From the human T2T-CHM13v2.0 reference genome, Homo sapiens, in the NCBI RefSeq assembly GCF_009914755.1, contig NC_060938.1: 64,000 nt of DNA. One strand, written 5' to 3'. A program made the translations under genes and the position numbers. The notes under the pieces were generated by a model. That model saw nothing but the letters and a program-made list of their open reading frames with translations, was not told the origin of the DNA and did not search any database. Each line of letters opens with the position of its first letter. Position 1 is the stretch's first letter. Of the stretch, positions 1 through 13,245 are shown piece by piece.

Positions 1-277
1 CTGGTTCATCATAAGAATCTCAGTTTTATCACCCTACCTTGTGGCCACTCCATGTGTCATTTACACACAAGACCCTTTGTTACTTAGATTGGCAGTGACA
101 TTTAGAGTTACAAAAGTTTGAGTCCTTGTTTTCCAGATTTCTCTTTTTGTTGGGACTTTGAGGGTTTCACTTTTCATTCCTGAGAGTTTATACATTTAAA
201 AAATTGTTGGTTATATTTTATGCAGCATTTCCAGGTGCTTGGCGGCAGGAGTATTTCAAGATATTTAGTCCACTTTT

Positions 278-312
<35 letters not shown>

Positions 313-455
313 CAGTAAGCATTCATAAATGTCATAATGCTAGTCAAAAGTGACTCAGGTTATTTTAATAGTTGTGGTCTTCCTAATTGCTGACTCCTTG
401 ACCAGTGTCCTCATTGTGGTTGAGAATCCAACATCCATTCCACTCTGCTCCAAAC

Positions 456-640
456 CAATGGTTCACAAACTTAAGTGCATCTGAATCTCCTGGAATTCTT
501 ATTAAAACACAGATTGCTCTGCTGCTGTGCTTCAACTCTAGAGATTCTGATCCAGTAAGTCTGGAGTGGATCCTAACAGTTTGCATTTTTCTCAAATGCT
601 GCTGGTGGCCTGGGGACCACAATATAAGAATCAGTCATGA
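456..640. mobile_element. MER5A-like hAT-Charlie MITE
   Basis: caatggttcacaaactt...gcatctgaatctcctgga...agattctgatccagtaagtctgg...ggggaccaca resembles MER5A. Confidence 0.65.
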
Positions 641-1063
641 TAATCCTATTCTTTCCACTTGAGACTAGTTTAGGAATGGGCATACGATCTAAATCTACCA
701 GAAGAGATGAGGGGAAGTCTGCTGGGGGCTTCCAGGAAAGTTTACCTCAATCTTGAGAAAAAGGCATAGAAAAAAATGGTTCTGTTTTCCTCTGGACATT
801 GTCATGTAAGGACATGATGCCTAGAACTGTCACAGGCCTCTTACCTTCCTCGTGAGAATGAAGCTAATCTAGGGTATAGGGGCAGAGCCAGGAGAATCTC
901 AGGGGAGCAGAGAAGGAATCCTGATAGCTCTTCCTTGGCTAGGTCCTGCCCTACTTCTGTTATTTCATTATGTGAGATATTCCATAAATAGAAAAAAAAT
1001 TAAAAATTGAAATGAGTCAGGGTTTTCTGGTTACTTGTAGCCCCAAAGATTCTAAGTGGTACA
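641..1063 (+). mobile_element. MLT1-family (MaLR) LTR remnant
   Basis: 3' end gggttttctggttacttgtagccccaaagattctaa...aca is typical of old MLT1 LTRs. Confidence 0.55.
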
Positions 1064-1727
1064 ACTATCATATGGGTATGTTGAGTCTTATTACCTGCCA
1101 CCCCCAGCTACAGAGTGCCGAAGCAAGTTCATTTCAAATTATGTTTTTTTATTTCTTTTTTTGAACTACTAATTTTCTGTGACACTTTTTTCTCTACTTT
1201 ACCCCACCACACACACAATCTCACCCAGCCCTCTGGGAATATGCTGTAACACTTCAAAATTGTGAATCTCTTGAAAGGAGGCAGCTACTCCAAACTTTCA
1301 TCTCATTTCTACATGTGGGACTGCAGGATCCATTTCTAGTTGAATGCATGATGACAGCTTTACAGGAAGTCGTCTTCCTTATATTCTCTTTTTATATATT
1401 GCTGTTTTCTGGCAACCCTAGCTAATTAATAACTTAATCTGTCTCTCCTTAGACTTTAATTCTAATTTTCAGAATTTCCCAATCAAGTCAACATTGATTT
1501 TATTGGAATTTCAAATATACTCTGTGCTACTGTGTTGTATTTTTGGTGGAAAGAATTGTAGCAGGAATCAAGCCTCATGATGCAAATGCCTAAATCCTGA
1601 ATTGTGACCAGGATTGCAAAGAAAATAAAAAGGTCGCTCTCTAGGGAGTTGAACTAGCTTAGCACCTCCACATGGAATCTCAGAATGAGAACAGTGATTT
1701 TTTCCCTCCTCTTCTGTTTAATCCTAG

Positions 1728-1871
1728 TTTGGACAGCTCTTTATTCAGAACATCAAGGACTGTTGACAGTTGAATAAAAAGGGCGGAGGCTTATGGGATT
1801 GCTAATGAGATACAAAGCCACCTTGGAATAAAAATAAATTTCTCTCTGTTGGCTCCTCCGGCCATGGAGAG
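1728..1871 (+). other. Candidate upstream 5'-UTR exon (cassette or alternative first exon) of AKAP6
   Basis: Pyrimidine tract ttttttccctcctcttctgtttaatcctAG (ends 1727), strong donor GAG|GTAAGT (1871/1872), 144 nt long, non-repetitive, same strand as AKAP6; GC box GGGCGG at 1781 and gccATGG at 1864. No transcript evidence available. Confidence 0.5.
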
Positions 1872-2460
1872 GTAAGTTAAGAACCTCAAATCAATTTCTA
1901 CTGACAGGTATTCTTATCATGGTAAACAGTGCAATGCACATTTTAGTTGGCTTCTGAGAAGGAAGGCCAGGGGCTTCCAGTTGTGTGATATCTTTTCAGC
2001 AGATAGCTGGGCTAAGGTGAACAAATTGTACTGATGTGGCGTGAGGCACACTATCTGGTCAGAAAATAAAGTTCTTAGTTATAGTTAACATACAGCATTT
2101 TTCCTAAAATTAAATTTTTCAGCCCACAAATTCAGGTAAGTGTTAAAATGAAGAATTTTATTATTTCCTGATATCAAATGCCTTTTCCTACTTTCTTTCC
2201 AATCCTAATAATTTATCTAGACCAATTCATAGTTCATGACCTCTTTTGAAGCCTTGCCTGACAACCCAAGCTAGAAATGATATTTCTTTTGAGTGCCTGG
2301 AGAACTAATGTCCCTACTCTTGTCTTATTTTGCAAACTTGACTATACAGCTGTTTGAAGGCAGGGATTATATAATATCTTTTCTTGTATTATCCACACAA
2401 GATCCACTGCAGTGTTTTGCACATAGCAGTTGCTCAATAAATGTTGGTTGGTTGGTTGAT

Positions 2461-2768
<308 letters not shown>

Positions 2769-3232
2769 TGATTTTTTATTCCTGTGAAGTATACAACACT
2801 GTAGACTTAGAAATCATCCAAGAAGAGGGTTTTCTCACATAGAACCTGTGGATGCACATCAAGGCTTCTGGAAATTTATTGAAATTGAATGCAAAGTAGA
2901 CATTTTCTTGGGAGAGGGACCATAGCTGTCAACAGAATCACAAAGGGGTTCTTGATTCCTTTCCAAATGAGGGGAATTACTGAACTAGGCTATTCATTTT
3001 CTTTTCTTCTTGACAAAACTATTAATAGGTCCCGAGATGTTGATAATACTGTCATGACCTCACAAATACTATAGCAGTAAGAGTTCTCTTGGGATACCTC
3101 TGTTCCCATTTTTAACTGTTGTTCCTGAAAGAGAAATGGAGATTAAATTGAATTCATGTGCTGTGATTAGACTGATTGTATTTTTTAAATTGCACACCAT
3201 TAAAAGGACTGCGTTCTGAAGTTCTGGTAGAG

Positions 3233-3500
3233 ACAGTATATCATGGTAGTTAGATGTATGTGCTCAGAGCCAAGCCTGTGCTTGTATCTCAGCTCTGTTA
3301 CTTACTAGCTGTGTGACCTTGGGCAAATAACTTAAACCTTCCCAGTCTCAGTTTCTTCATCTGTAAGATGGGAATAGTTATAGTGATCTACCTCTCAGGG
3401 TTGCTCTGAGGATTAAATGAATCAATGCATGAAAAACATTTAAAGCAGTGCTTTGCACACATATTAACAGTAAACATAATGTAAGTGTTAGCTATTAATA
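3233..3500 (+). mobile_element. MIR
   Basis: Core cttactagctgtgtgaccttgggcaaataactt...ctcagtttcttcatctgtaagatggga. Confidence 0.85.
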
Positions 3501-4423
3501 TTGCTGATGCTTTTGTTGTTGTTCAACTGTAGCTCTCATTTTCATGAATACCGATTAGCCATGGTAAATGTATCTTCTGCAGCCCTTCTCACCACCAAAT
3601 TCACTTCTGAGTCATCACATTGAGGTCAGATCAGATTGTTGAATTATTTTGCAGAAATTATGTGGTTTTATTGTCTGCTAGGTGTAATTCTAAGTTTTCT
3701 TTCTTGTGTTTGCTTGGCATTTTGAAATCAAGTTCTCACGCTCTGAGGGTATTTAAGTCATTTAAAGATTACCAGGCTAAAGAATCAAGATCCTTTGAAT
3801 TTCAGTGAATGTACTTTTTTATCCCATGAAATATTTTTTTTGAAAAATATTAACAAAAATATTCTAAGAAAAACTTTTAGTAGAGTCTTTTAGTCATCTT
3901 TATAGTTGTAGTTAACTTGGAAAAGGAAAAAATGAAATGCAAAGGATTCTGACAGATTGAAGTCACTGCTGCCTGGAATTAATTCTTTCCATTAGCCTTA
4001 AGATTAACCCCTTTAAAATGATGAAAGGTTTTGGTTAATCCTAGAATTCTTAATCCCCACCTTTTGGAGAAGCAGAAAAAAATACTGAAGTGATTTTTGT
4101 TGGGGGAGTGCTTATGCTAAGTGAGGCAGTTTGTCAGATTTTACTTTTATGAGTTGACTGTCAAGCATTTGAGAAGGGAGGGTGTTTTTTAGAAGGCTGT
4201 GCTGCAGCAGATTCCTCAGCTAAGTGCACATCCTGTGATATTTCCCCCACTCTTCCCTGATCAGTGAAATTGCAATTAAATAACTAATATCAACTGCTCC
4301 ATTTCCATGATCCTCAGAGCCTATGGAATTAGAATATACATATTTAAGGAGGAGAAAATTTTCCACTTGATGTCTAGGATAATGAAGAGTGATGGAGAGT
4401 GGGGTTATGAGGAGTCAGGAGAT

Positions 4424-4424
<1 letters not shown>

Positions 4425-4474
<50 letters not shown>
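4425..4474. repeat. (TA)n microsatellite
   Basis: About 25 uninterrupted TA units. Confidence 0.97.
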
Positions 4475-4478
<4 letters not shown>

Positions 4479-4922
4479 TCAGAATGTCAGCAGGAAATAG
4501 TTGATACATGAAAATTGGGTAATTTTCAGAGTTAAAATAAAACTAAATTTATAAAGGTGTGGGCTGGGTATAGGAAAAGTACAAAGGGTAGTGCAATATT
4601 CTTAGGCTAGTAAGGTGAGGGCAGTGTCTTTCCATCCCTGGGTCTGAACTGGCAAGACAGATGGGCAAGCAATAACTGTATTCCAGGAGGGAGGGAGGGA
4701 GGGTGGAAGAGAGAAGAGAGAGAGAGAATGTTGAGAACTAGCTGTGTGGGGAGGGCCCCTGATGACAGCTGTGACCTCTGGTCTAAGTCAAAGTATGTTG
4801 GCAAACTAGAGCAAGCCTGCAGGGAGGGGAAGGGATAAATGTCCTAACCTCACTCTTCTCTTTTCCTAATCTCAAGCCAGTGGTCCTGTATGAACCCAAT
4901 CAGAAGCCAGAGGGCAGAGGGC
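4475..4922. mobile_element. Old MLT1-type LTR, first part (probable continuation at about 6440-6539)
   Basis: tattagtcag...cagcaggaaa start and ccaatcagaagccagagggca motif resemble MLT1; heavily diverged. Confidence 0.45.
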
Positions 4923-5044
4923 AGAGCTTGCAGCAAATGCCATTCTGGGATCATTTTGTACCATACTTTATTCATATTCTCCTTCCCTGGATGCCTCCAA
5001 CTCTCACCCAAGTGCTTCCATTTATGTGCCTTCCTCTTCTTCCT
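4923..5044 (+). repeat. Dispersed direct repeat, copy 1
   Basis: 122 bp; differs from 6759-6879 by 6 substitutions and 1 indel (counted by eye). Confidence 0.95.
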
Positions 5045-5329
5045 GCTTCTGCATGCTCCATACTGGCTGACACCTAGAGCAGATCATTTTAAATACCCCT
5101 CCCCTTGCTTGTACAGGACAAAATTATTTTCAATAATGATGTCATAATGATTGTTTTTTTGACTCATTCTTAAATTTCACAACAAATATAATTGACAATT
5201 TTAAAAGACTAAATTACAATGTTGACATTATTCAAATTTGGTAAAATATTTCATGTATAATCTCAAATTTTCATTTACCAAACAAAAATATTTCAGATTT
5301 CAGTTTGCAGTTCATTCTCTGTTTCATTA

Positions 5330-5671
5330 TGATATGGTTTGATTGTGTCCCCACCCAAAATCTCATCTTGAATTATAATCCCCAAATCCCCACGTGTCAA
5401 TGGTGGGACCAGGTGGATGTAATTGAATCATGGGGGCAGTTTCCCCCATACTGTTCTTGTGATAGTGAGTGAGTTCTCATGAGATCTGATGGTTTTATAA
5501 CCATCTAGCTTTTCCCCTGCTAGCACCCATTCTCTCTCCTGCCACCCTGTGAAGAGGTGCCTTCTGCCATGATTGCAATATTTCCTGAGGCCTCCCCAGT
5601 CATGCAGAACTGTGATGAGATTACCCGGTCTCCTGTATTTCTTCATAGCAGTGTGAGAATTGACTAATACA
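5330..5671 (+). mobile_element. THE1-family solo LTR
   Basis: TGATATGGTTTGATTGTGTCCCCACCC start and gactaatACA end. Confidence 0.9.
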
Positions 5672-5969
5672 CACTCTTTTAAATTTTAAACATAAATTAA
5701 AAATTCCAAGTGTCCATGAAGAATGACAGAATTGATATAACTCAAGTTTCAGTTCTTCCTTTTGAAAATCAGTTTCTAATCTACTGTTTAAACAAGGAAT
5801 AGGTAGCACTCTGGAGGCCAGAGGTAGGAACTGCTCCTGCAGCAAACTTGAATGGTTCTAGACCCTTAGAATGTATCCTGGGAAGGAGTGTAGCTGGCTT
5901 TAAGTGTGTCAGGACTGATAGTGTAACGAAAGCTCTCTGAATTAGCTTCCATGTAGAATAGAATACAAT

Positions 5970-6274
<305 letters not shown>

Positions 6275-6758
6275 GAATACAATGTTTTTATAAAGAAAAT
6301 TTTAAAAAGAGAGAGAATTGGAGGCTTATATGTTGTTAAAATTGCAGTAATTCTTAGTTTAAGAATGTTAGCCCTGGTGTTAATAAAAAGCAAGTTGACT
6401 TTTGGTCAGTTTATTATTGTTTTACAATTCTCCACAAACAATTCAGTCCCTTATTGTCTATACCCTGGGCACAGCAAAGTAAAGTAGAAAAGAAAGAGAG
6501 TGAATCTAGGGGCCGCAGGAAGGCAGCTTACCCAGGACATTAAGTTATAAATTGAGAACTTTCCAAGTCATTCCTTATCTGTTTTCATGAAATTGTCAAG
6601 CCCATTAGTGTCTTATCCTTACAGATTTTTGTGACAGCCATGTACTTGTGGTGAGTGCTTGAGTGGGGATGATTATAACAAAATGGAAGAAAGATCTATA
6701 ATTCTACATAACAAATGAAAACCTTGGAAGTTCTCTTTTTGCCGTAAGACTGCTTCCT

Positions 6759-6879
6759 AGAGCTTGTGGCAAGTGCCATTCTGGATCATTTTATACCATA
6801 CTTTATTCATATTCTCCTTCCCTGGATGCCTCCAACTCTCACCCAAGTGCCTCCATTTATGTGCCTTCCTCATCTTCCT
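6759..6879 (+). repeat. Dispersed direct repeat, copy 2
   Basis: Matches 4923-5044; explains the duplicated peptides in the ORF track (DHFxPYFIHILLPWMPPTLTQV). Confidence 0.95.
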
Positions 6880-8669
6880 ACGTCCACATGTCACAGGACA
6901 GGCTGGTTCCTTTTTCCATCTTGGCTTTCCTTTCCCATCCCCTTCTTGGCTACCCCTGTTTCCTTCTTCTTTCTTCACTGGACCAGACATGAATTTGTTC
7001 TGGGAACTTTTACTAATCTATGGAAAAGGTTGTTAATAGGCTTCATGTCAGATGTTCAGTTGCTTAGTAACCCAAAGGACCTCCTGCCAAGTTTATGTTC
7101 AGAGAATTAGACAAACCATCCAGTCCCCACTGTTCTCAGGCCTGGGCTGCATCAGCTCTCCAGCTCGGCTATGTGTGAGGAGATCCCCACACAGGCTCAG
7201 AAAGGAGCCTCAGCCTCCACAGAGCAATGAGTGTGAGGGCAGAGTCTGAGCCTACCTGGCCCAGTCTGAAGAGGAACCTGGGGAGGCTGACCTGAACAGA
7301 TGTGCAGGCATGTTTTCAGAGCTCCTAAAACTGATATTTACTGCATGTTAGTGAGGTGGTTTGAATTTTTCAGTTTCTCTGCTTCTTCCTTTGTTCCGCT
7401 TCCTGATCTATCTCTCCTTCTCATTTCAGTTCCTAGTGTTTTTCAGGAAACCCATGGTTTTAGACTTACAGGCTCTCTATCAAATGGTACCATGTAAACT
7501 TAGAGCAGTGGAGTAGTACTCATCTCTTGTTGCCAACCTCCACAAACACACAGAAACCATACAAAATCCCCACGGATTCTGGATTAGGATGTATCAACGT
7601 GGAGGAGAAGGGTTTCTACACTGGTAGGAGGAATGAATCTGGGTAAAATAATTGCTTTTAATGACCGCTAGGAGTTTAGAAACATCCTACGGCACAGCAA
7701 AGAGTTTCCTTGCTGAACTGCAGATGGTGTTTATTGCCAGATGATGTGCAGAAAAGTGCCAGATGATTAGGCTCTTTCTAGGGGATGTCAGAATCTTCCA
7801 TAACCCATGCAAATAATTGGCTTTCTAACACCCCCAGACTGTAACACAAGGGAGGTAGGAAAACTTCTAAGAAGGTAGTTATCATGGCATGAGTAAAAAT
7901 TTCTGTTTGCCACACCATGGCTAGCAGCGGGGAGTGGGTGGTTGAACAAGAACTCCTCCAAGACTCTGGCTGGCTGGGAGCCAGGATTCTTCAACTGGAA
8001 ATGAACAGGGAAGGAGGGGAAAAGAACAAAAATCTGCTGAGGGATAATAAAAATTTTAATGATTCTTCAAATGTTGCATTGTCTTGTAAACGTAGTTGTA
8101 AATTTAACTTTAAAATGACTTTTACTCAATTGGGTCAGAGACGTAAAAATGATTAAAAGAAAGGAATAGGTTTCAGATTAGCAATAATATTTGTACAAAA
8201 AGGTTTTCAGTGTTCAGAGTAATTGACGGACTGGTTTTGGGTGATGGTTTTAATTACTGGGAGCTTATATATAATTATATAATTTATAATATATAATATA
8301 TAATTTATAAAATTATATAATTTTCAATGAGCAACCACTCTAAACATAAGGATGAGAACTCAGGTATCAGCTGTGGAGTTTTTCTTAAGAATACAAGTAA
8401 ATTGAGTGTGACCTGACCTTAGTCTGTTATTGTAACCAGAGTTACTATTCTTTGCTCTAGTCTAGAAATATCTCCAAGTAGGTATGTGTAGGGAAGGTAG
8501 ATGATCTTTGTGCCTTCACTCTAATGGTCTTGGAGTAGGAATGTAGATCATGGTTTGATGGAGGGATATTGGTGATGGGTGGGGCTTTCTTATCCATGGC
8601 AAGGAAAATGCTGGTGGAAGACTTCATGTGTGGCATGATTAGTTGATATAACCCAATAAGATTAGTTTA

Positions 8670-9044
<375 letters not shown>

Positions 9045-9239
9045 CTAGATGACTAGGATGTTTGAAGGGAGTTAGATACAGGCTTAGACATATCTTAGGG
9101 ACTACAGAACTACACAGATGACAAAGGAGCCCAGAATTCTTGAACTGAAACAGATGAGTTAGAGAGAAAAACAGTTTTTTTCCCCTTTAAAGGCTAGACT
9201 AGTGTACAAAAGTTATAAAAGCAGACTTGGGCACCTTTC

Positions 9240-9430
9240 TAGGTGATTCACAACTGAACCATCTTCTTCAAAAAACAGTAGCCCCTTATCCTTGAACATG
9301 TTCCAGGACTCTTGAAGTGGTGATTCCTTCCTTGGGCAGGAGGTTGACAGATGGCTTCTGAGGTTCCTTTCTATCTGAAATTGTGTGGTTCTCATTAAAA
9401 AGTTTTTCCTTATATTCAAAATGTATTTCA
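9240..9430. mobile_element. L3/CR1-like remnants
   Basis: ggaggttgacagatggcttctgaggttcctttct resembles a CR1 3' end; the minus-strand translation NIRKNFL resembles the CR1 ORF2 C-terminus. Confidence 0.4.
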
Positions 9431-9626
9431 CATAGTAATATGGCCTAATAACAAAGATTTTCTTCCTCTTCTAATTTGAAACTGACAATAAAACTTGTAA
9501 AAAATGTGAAAGGTAATAAAATTCTACATGTTCCAACTGATGTCAGATGCTCATCTCTTAAAGACCAGAACCTCAGAGGCATTCCAGGAGAGTCCACTTG
9601 GTTTACTCACTTCTCTTGATTATGTA

Positions 9627-10397
9627 TGAGGACTAAACTCTGGCCTTTTTTTTCTTATTTTGCCCAAATCCTACCTAAGGAACCTAGGGAGTCATGCCCT
9701 GCAAACCATAAAGTCTCATCAGAGGGGTTTTATTTAACCCTGTGTAACGTGGCCTGCTTTCCAACTTGACTCTGGCATAACATCACATAACAAATAAGGA
9801 AGGAAATCAAAATATTTTTACCCCAAATATATTTCCTTGTCATATCTTGAAACTGCCCTGCAAAGTCACCTCTTCTGGGAAAAATCGACATTCTGTAGAG
9901 AATCCCCTTCCCCTCCTCCTTTTTTTTTCTTTCCAGATCCAGGAGATAATCAACTAAGAGTCAGGCACCCTTTTAAGTCCAATAAGAAATATTTTATAAC
10001 CTATTCTCTGTGAAGTCTGCTGTCTGAAGGTTTCCTCTGCACAATAAAACTTGGTCTCCATACCCCTTTATCTTAACCCAAACATTTCCTTTCTGTTGAT
10101 CCCAGGTCTTTAGATAAACTTAACCCATTGTCAACCAGAAAAAATTTAAATTTACCTATATCCTGGAAGCTCCCCACTTTGAGTTGTCCTGCCTTTCCAA
10201 ACCAATGTACATCTTAAATGTATTTGTTTGATGTCTCATGTCTCCCCAAAATGTATAAAACCAGGCTGTGCCGTAACCACCTCAGGCACATGTTCTCAGG
10301 TCCTCCGGAGGGCTGTGTCACAGGCCATGGTCACTCACATTTGGCTCAAAATAAATCTCTTCAAATATTTTATAGAGTTTGACTCTTTTCATTGACA
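9627..10397 (+). mobile_element. MER4-group (ERV1) solo LTR
   Basis: TG...CA termini (TGAGGACTAAACTCTG ... gagtttgactcttttcattgaCA) with perfect 4-bp TSD TGTA at 9623-9626 and 10398-10401. Confidence 0.88.
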
Positions 10398-10817
10398 TGT
10401 ATAATGAGACTTTTTTTTAAAGATTATTATTAAGATAACAAATGTTCCTTGAGTGAGAAAGAGCAAACTATTTAGATATTTATGGGGTAAAGTAAATCTC
10501 GATTTATTGCCCATAGGTAGACCATATTAATAGGTTTTTTGTTTTTGTTTTTTACTTTTTAATTATTTTGGGATACTCTTAACTTTAGATGATGTTGTTA
10601 GAAAGATTTTTTAAAAATTTAGATTTCATAAAATAATCTTAGTTGAAAACAACTAAATCACACTATGCTTTTTAAATTGTTAATTCAAGCATAAATTGTA
10701 AGTGCATCTGTGCTCAACCATGCATAACTTGAACTAGTATCCATTAATATCTAAGAAGCTGATTTGAAACTCTGAGTATATGAGAGGGAATTGTCAGCTA
10801 TGAGCCTCACTATAAAG

Positions 10818-11031
10818 CAGTGATTTTCAACCGGGAGTGATTTTGCTCCTTATAGGACATTTGGCAATATTTAGAGACATTTCTGTTTGTCATGACTGGA
10901 GAGGTCGTGGCATCTAATGAGTAGAGGCCACAGGTACTACTACTAGACATTCTACAATGCACAGGACAGCTCTCCACAACAAAGAATTTTCTGGTCCCAA
11001 ATGTCAAAAGTGCCAAGATTGAGAAATCCTG
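10818..11031. mobile_element. MER20 hAT MITE
   Basis: cagtgattttcaac...ttgagaaatcctg TIRs; 8-bp TSD ctataaag / ctatatag. Confidence 0.88.
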
Positions 11032-11179
11032 CTATATAGGTTGATATGGGCTGTTTATTGATGGAACATCCTTCCATCAATATCTTTAGATATTTCCTTT
11101 AGATTTGATGAGATTCCCACCTGCTGATTGCACTCTGGGAATTGAATGGAGGAAGAAGACAGGATTTAAACATTTAATA

Positions 11180-11660
11180 AGCATATGTTGACCTAATTTC
11201 CCAGTTTAGGGTAAGGTGTCCCTGCCTTCAACATTGGTATCCTTTAATCTAGAGACCCTCTATTTTATTCTCTGCATAGAGAGGCAGACTCCCAAGAGAG
11301 GGAATCTGGGGTTTTAGCTGGTTCTTAAATTGGCTTCCAGGTGATTATCTTAGGTTTAGGCCCACTTTCACCCTTCTTCCAGGGGAACAAGATGTCATCA
11401 GTTTTTGGGCATTTGGGGGCTCTACCTATAAATTTGATTGACTCTCAGTTTCCCCACTGCCAGTTTAGGATTTAGCTTTCTTAGATCTGCTAAATCAATT
11501 ATTTCTTGCCCATTTATTTTCTGGTTTCCAAAATCCTCTTGTTGTTACCATCTTTCTTACTCTTTTTTTTTTTTTTTAATTCTTTAGTGATATTTTTATG
11601 GGTTTTGGGAGGGAGCAGAGGCTAATGAGAACATTTGATCTTCTGTCTTTACCAGAAGTA
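11180..11660 (-). mobile_element. Ancient HAL1/L1M-like 5' region
   Basis: Diverged similarity to 22700-22930 (gatttag.ttt...aa.tca.tta...tttctgg.ttccaaaat). Confidence 0.4.
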
Positions 11661-12942
11661 GAAAATTAGTTTTTCTTCTCTAATATGTTTTCCGTAATGA
11701 TAGCTGCTTCATTTACAAGCTAATACCAGGAAATGGCTTTAAAAAAACACATTGGTAAGTAGAATGGATTTGTCAGGATCTTGGTTTTTGTGAGGCAGAG
11801 TCCAGATGGAATGCTACCTCAAAAGTTCCTTTATTACATAAAACAAGCAAACAAAAAAACATTTTCCAGTAGTTACTTTCAGCTTTTCTGGATTTTCTTT
11901 TCTCTTTAACTATTTCACACCCTCTTATTTAGTAGGTAGCATACAATTGTCTACCAGCTGATTTATATAAAGACTTTATTGAATTTTTATTTCTTCACTA
12001 ATTGAATCATTCATGCATTCAGTGTCTCACTCACTCCTTGACTCATTTACATATTCAGTACAAGTATATCACATGCCTGCTATGCAGAAGAGTCTGAGTG
12101 AGACACCATGTAGGATGCAAAATTGTGTCACACAATCCTTGCTTTTAAGGAGTTATAATCTTTTTTGTGTCTTTTGGAAATAAATTACATGACATGTTTC
12201 CATGATAATTGGACATACGTCATAATTTTGGTACATAATATTGACACAATACTTACTACTCTCCCCTTTTGTAGCATTAACTTTGAAGAGCATCTTTTGG
12301 CAAGGCTATGTATACAAAAATAATGCAGGCATTATGCATTCTATGAAGGGACTCTATTTTATCAGATGCCATAGCCAAAAGAAATTTACTGTTCACTTTC
12401 GTTATGGCTCTGTTGAGTTCTTAGGAAGTGAAGCTACAAGTTCATTGCTGTGTACTTCAAAGGAGCTTCTAATAGTTACACTCTTCAAGTCTCCAGGAAA
12501 TGATTCCCCTAAAACAAATCAGCATATGCAATGTGCCCATATGCATAGTAGATCAATAACACACACCATGGATGATGTTATCAGCAACCTGCCTTGGTCT
12601 AGACCTATATTTCTTAACAAATACAAATGCCTTTGGTTAAAGAAAAAAGATGGTATGGTGGGCTGAGAGTAGGTATAGACATTGCACTTTTTTCTCAATC
12701 TTGAAATTGGGGATTTTCACTGTAAACAAGATAATCAATCTCACCATGTGCCATTTTATATACAGTGTCTTCTAGATTTCTACTCTAGAGGCTATCCAGA
12801 GGTCCTTAAGAGTGGAGATACTGTTTTAAAAATGCCTTTCTTTTTAACAGTATGTTATCTTTATCACCAAAAGATGTTGTGTAAGAATAGCATCAGAAAG
12901 GTCAGGGATGGTCTTAGGGACAAAAAGAAAGTATTTATTGAA

Positions 12943-13245
12943 TTTTTTTTTTTTTTTTTTTTTTAGATGGGGTCTTGCTTTGTTGCCCAGGCTGGAGTTC
13001 AGTGGTGGGATCATGATTCACTGCAGCCTTGACCTCTCAAGATCCAAGTGATCCTCCCACCTCAGCCTCCTGAGTAGCTGGGACCACAAGCATGTGCCAC
13101 CACACCTGGCTATTTTTTAAAATTGTTTGTAGCAATGGGTCTCATTCTGTTGCCCAGGCTGCTCTCAAACTCCTGGGCTCAAGTGATCTCCTGCCTTTGT
13201 CTTCCAAAGCGCTGGGGTTATAGGCACGAGCCACTGTGCCTTGCC
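12943..13245 (-). mobile_element. AluJ
   Basis: Dimer with J-type diagnostics (cactgcagccttgacc, ctcctgggctcaag) and long T-tail. Confidence 0.92.

Noticed and set aside
281-310. Poly(A) run of 30 nt
   Set aside because: No recognisable retrocopy body or TSD attached; treated as a mononucleotide repeat.
4002-4040. Hairpin gattaacc...ggttaatc with inner ccttt/aaagg
   Set aside because: Short, bulged and AT-rich; too weak to call a structured RNA.
12241-12666. 141-aa ORF
   Set aside because: TTG start, no recognisable domain, no splice support; consistent with chance.
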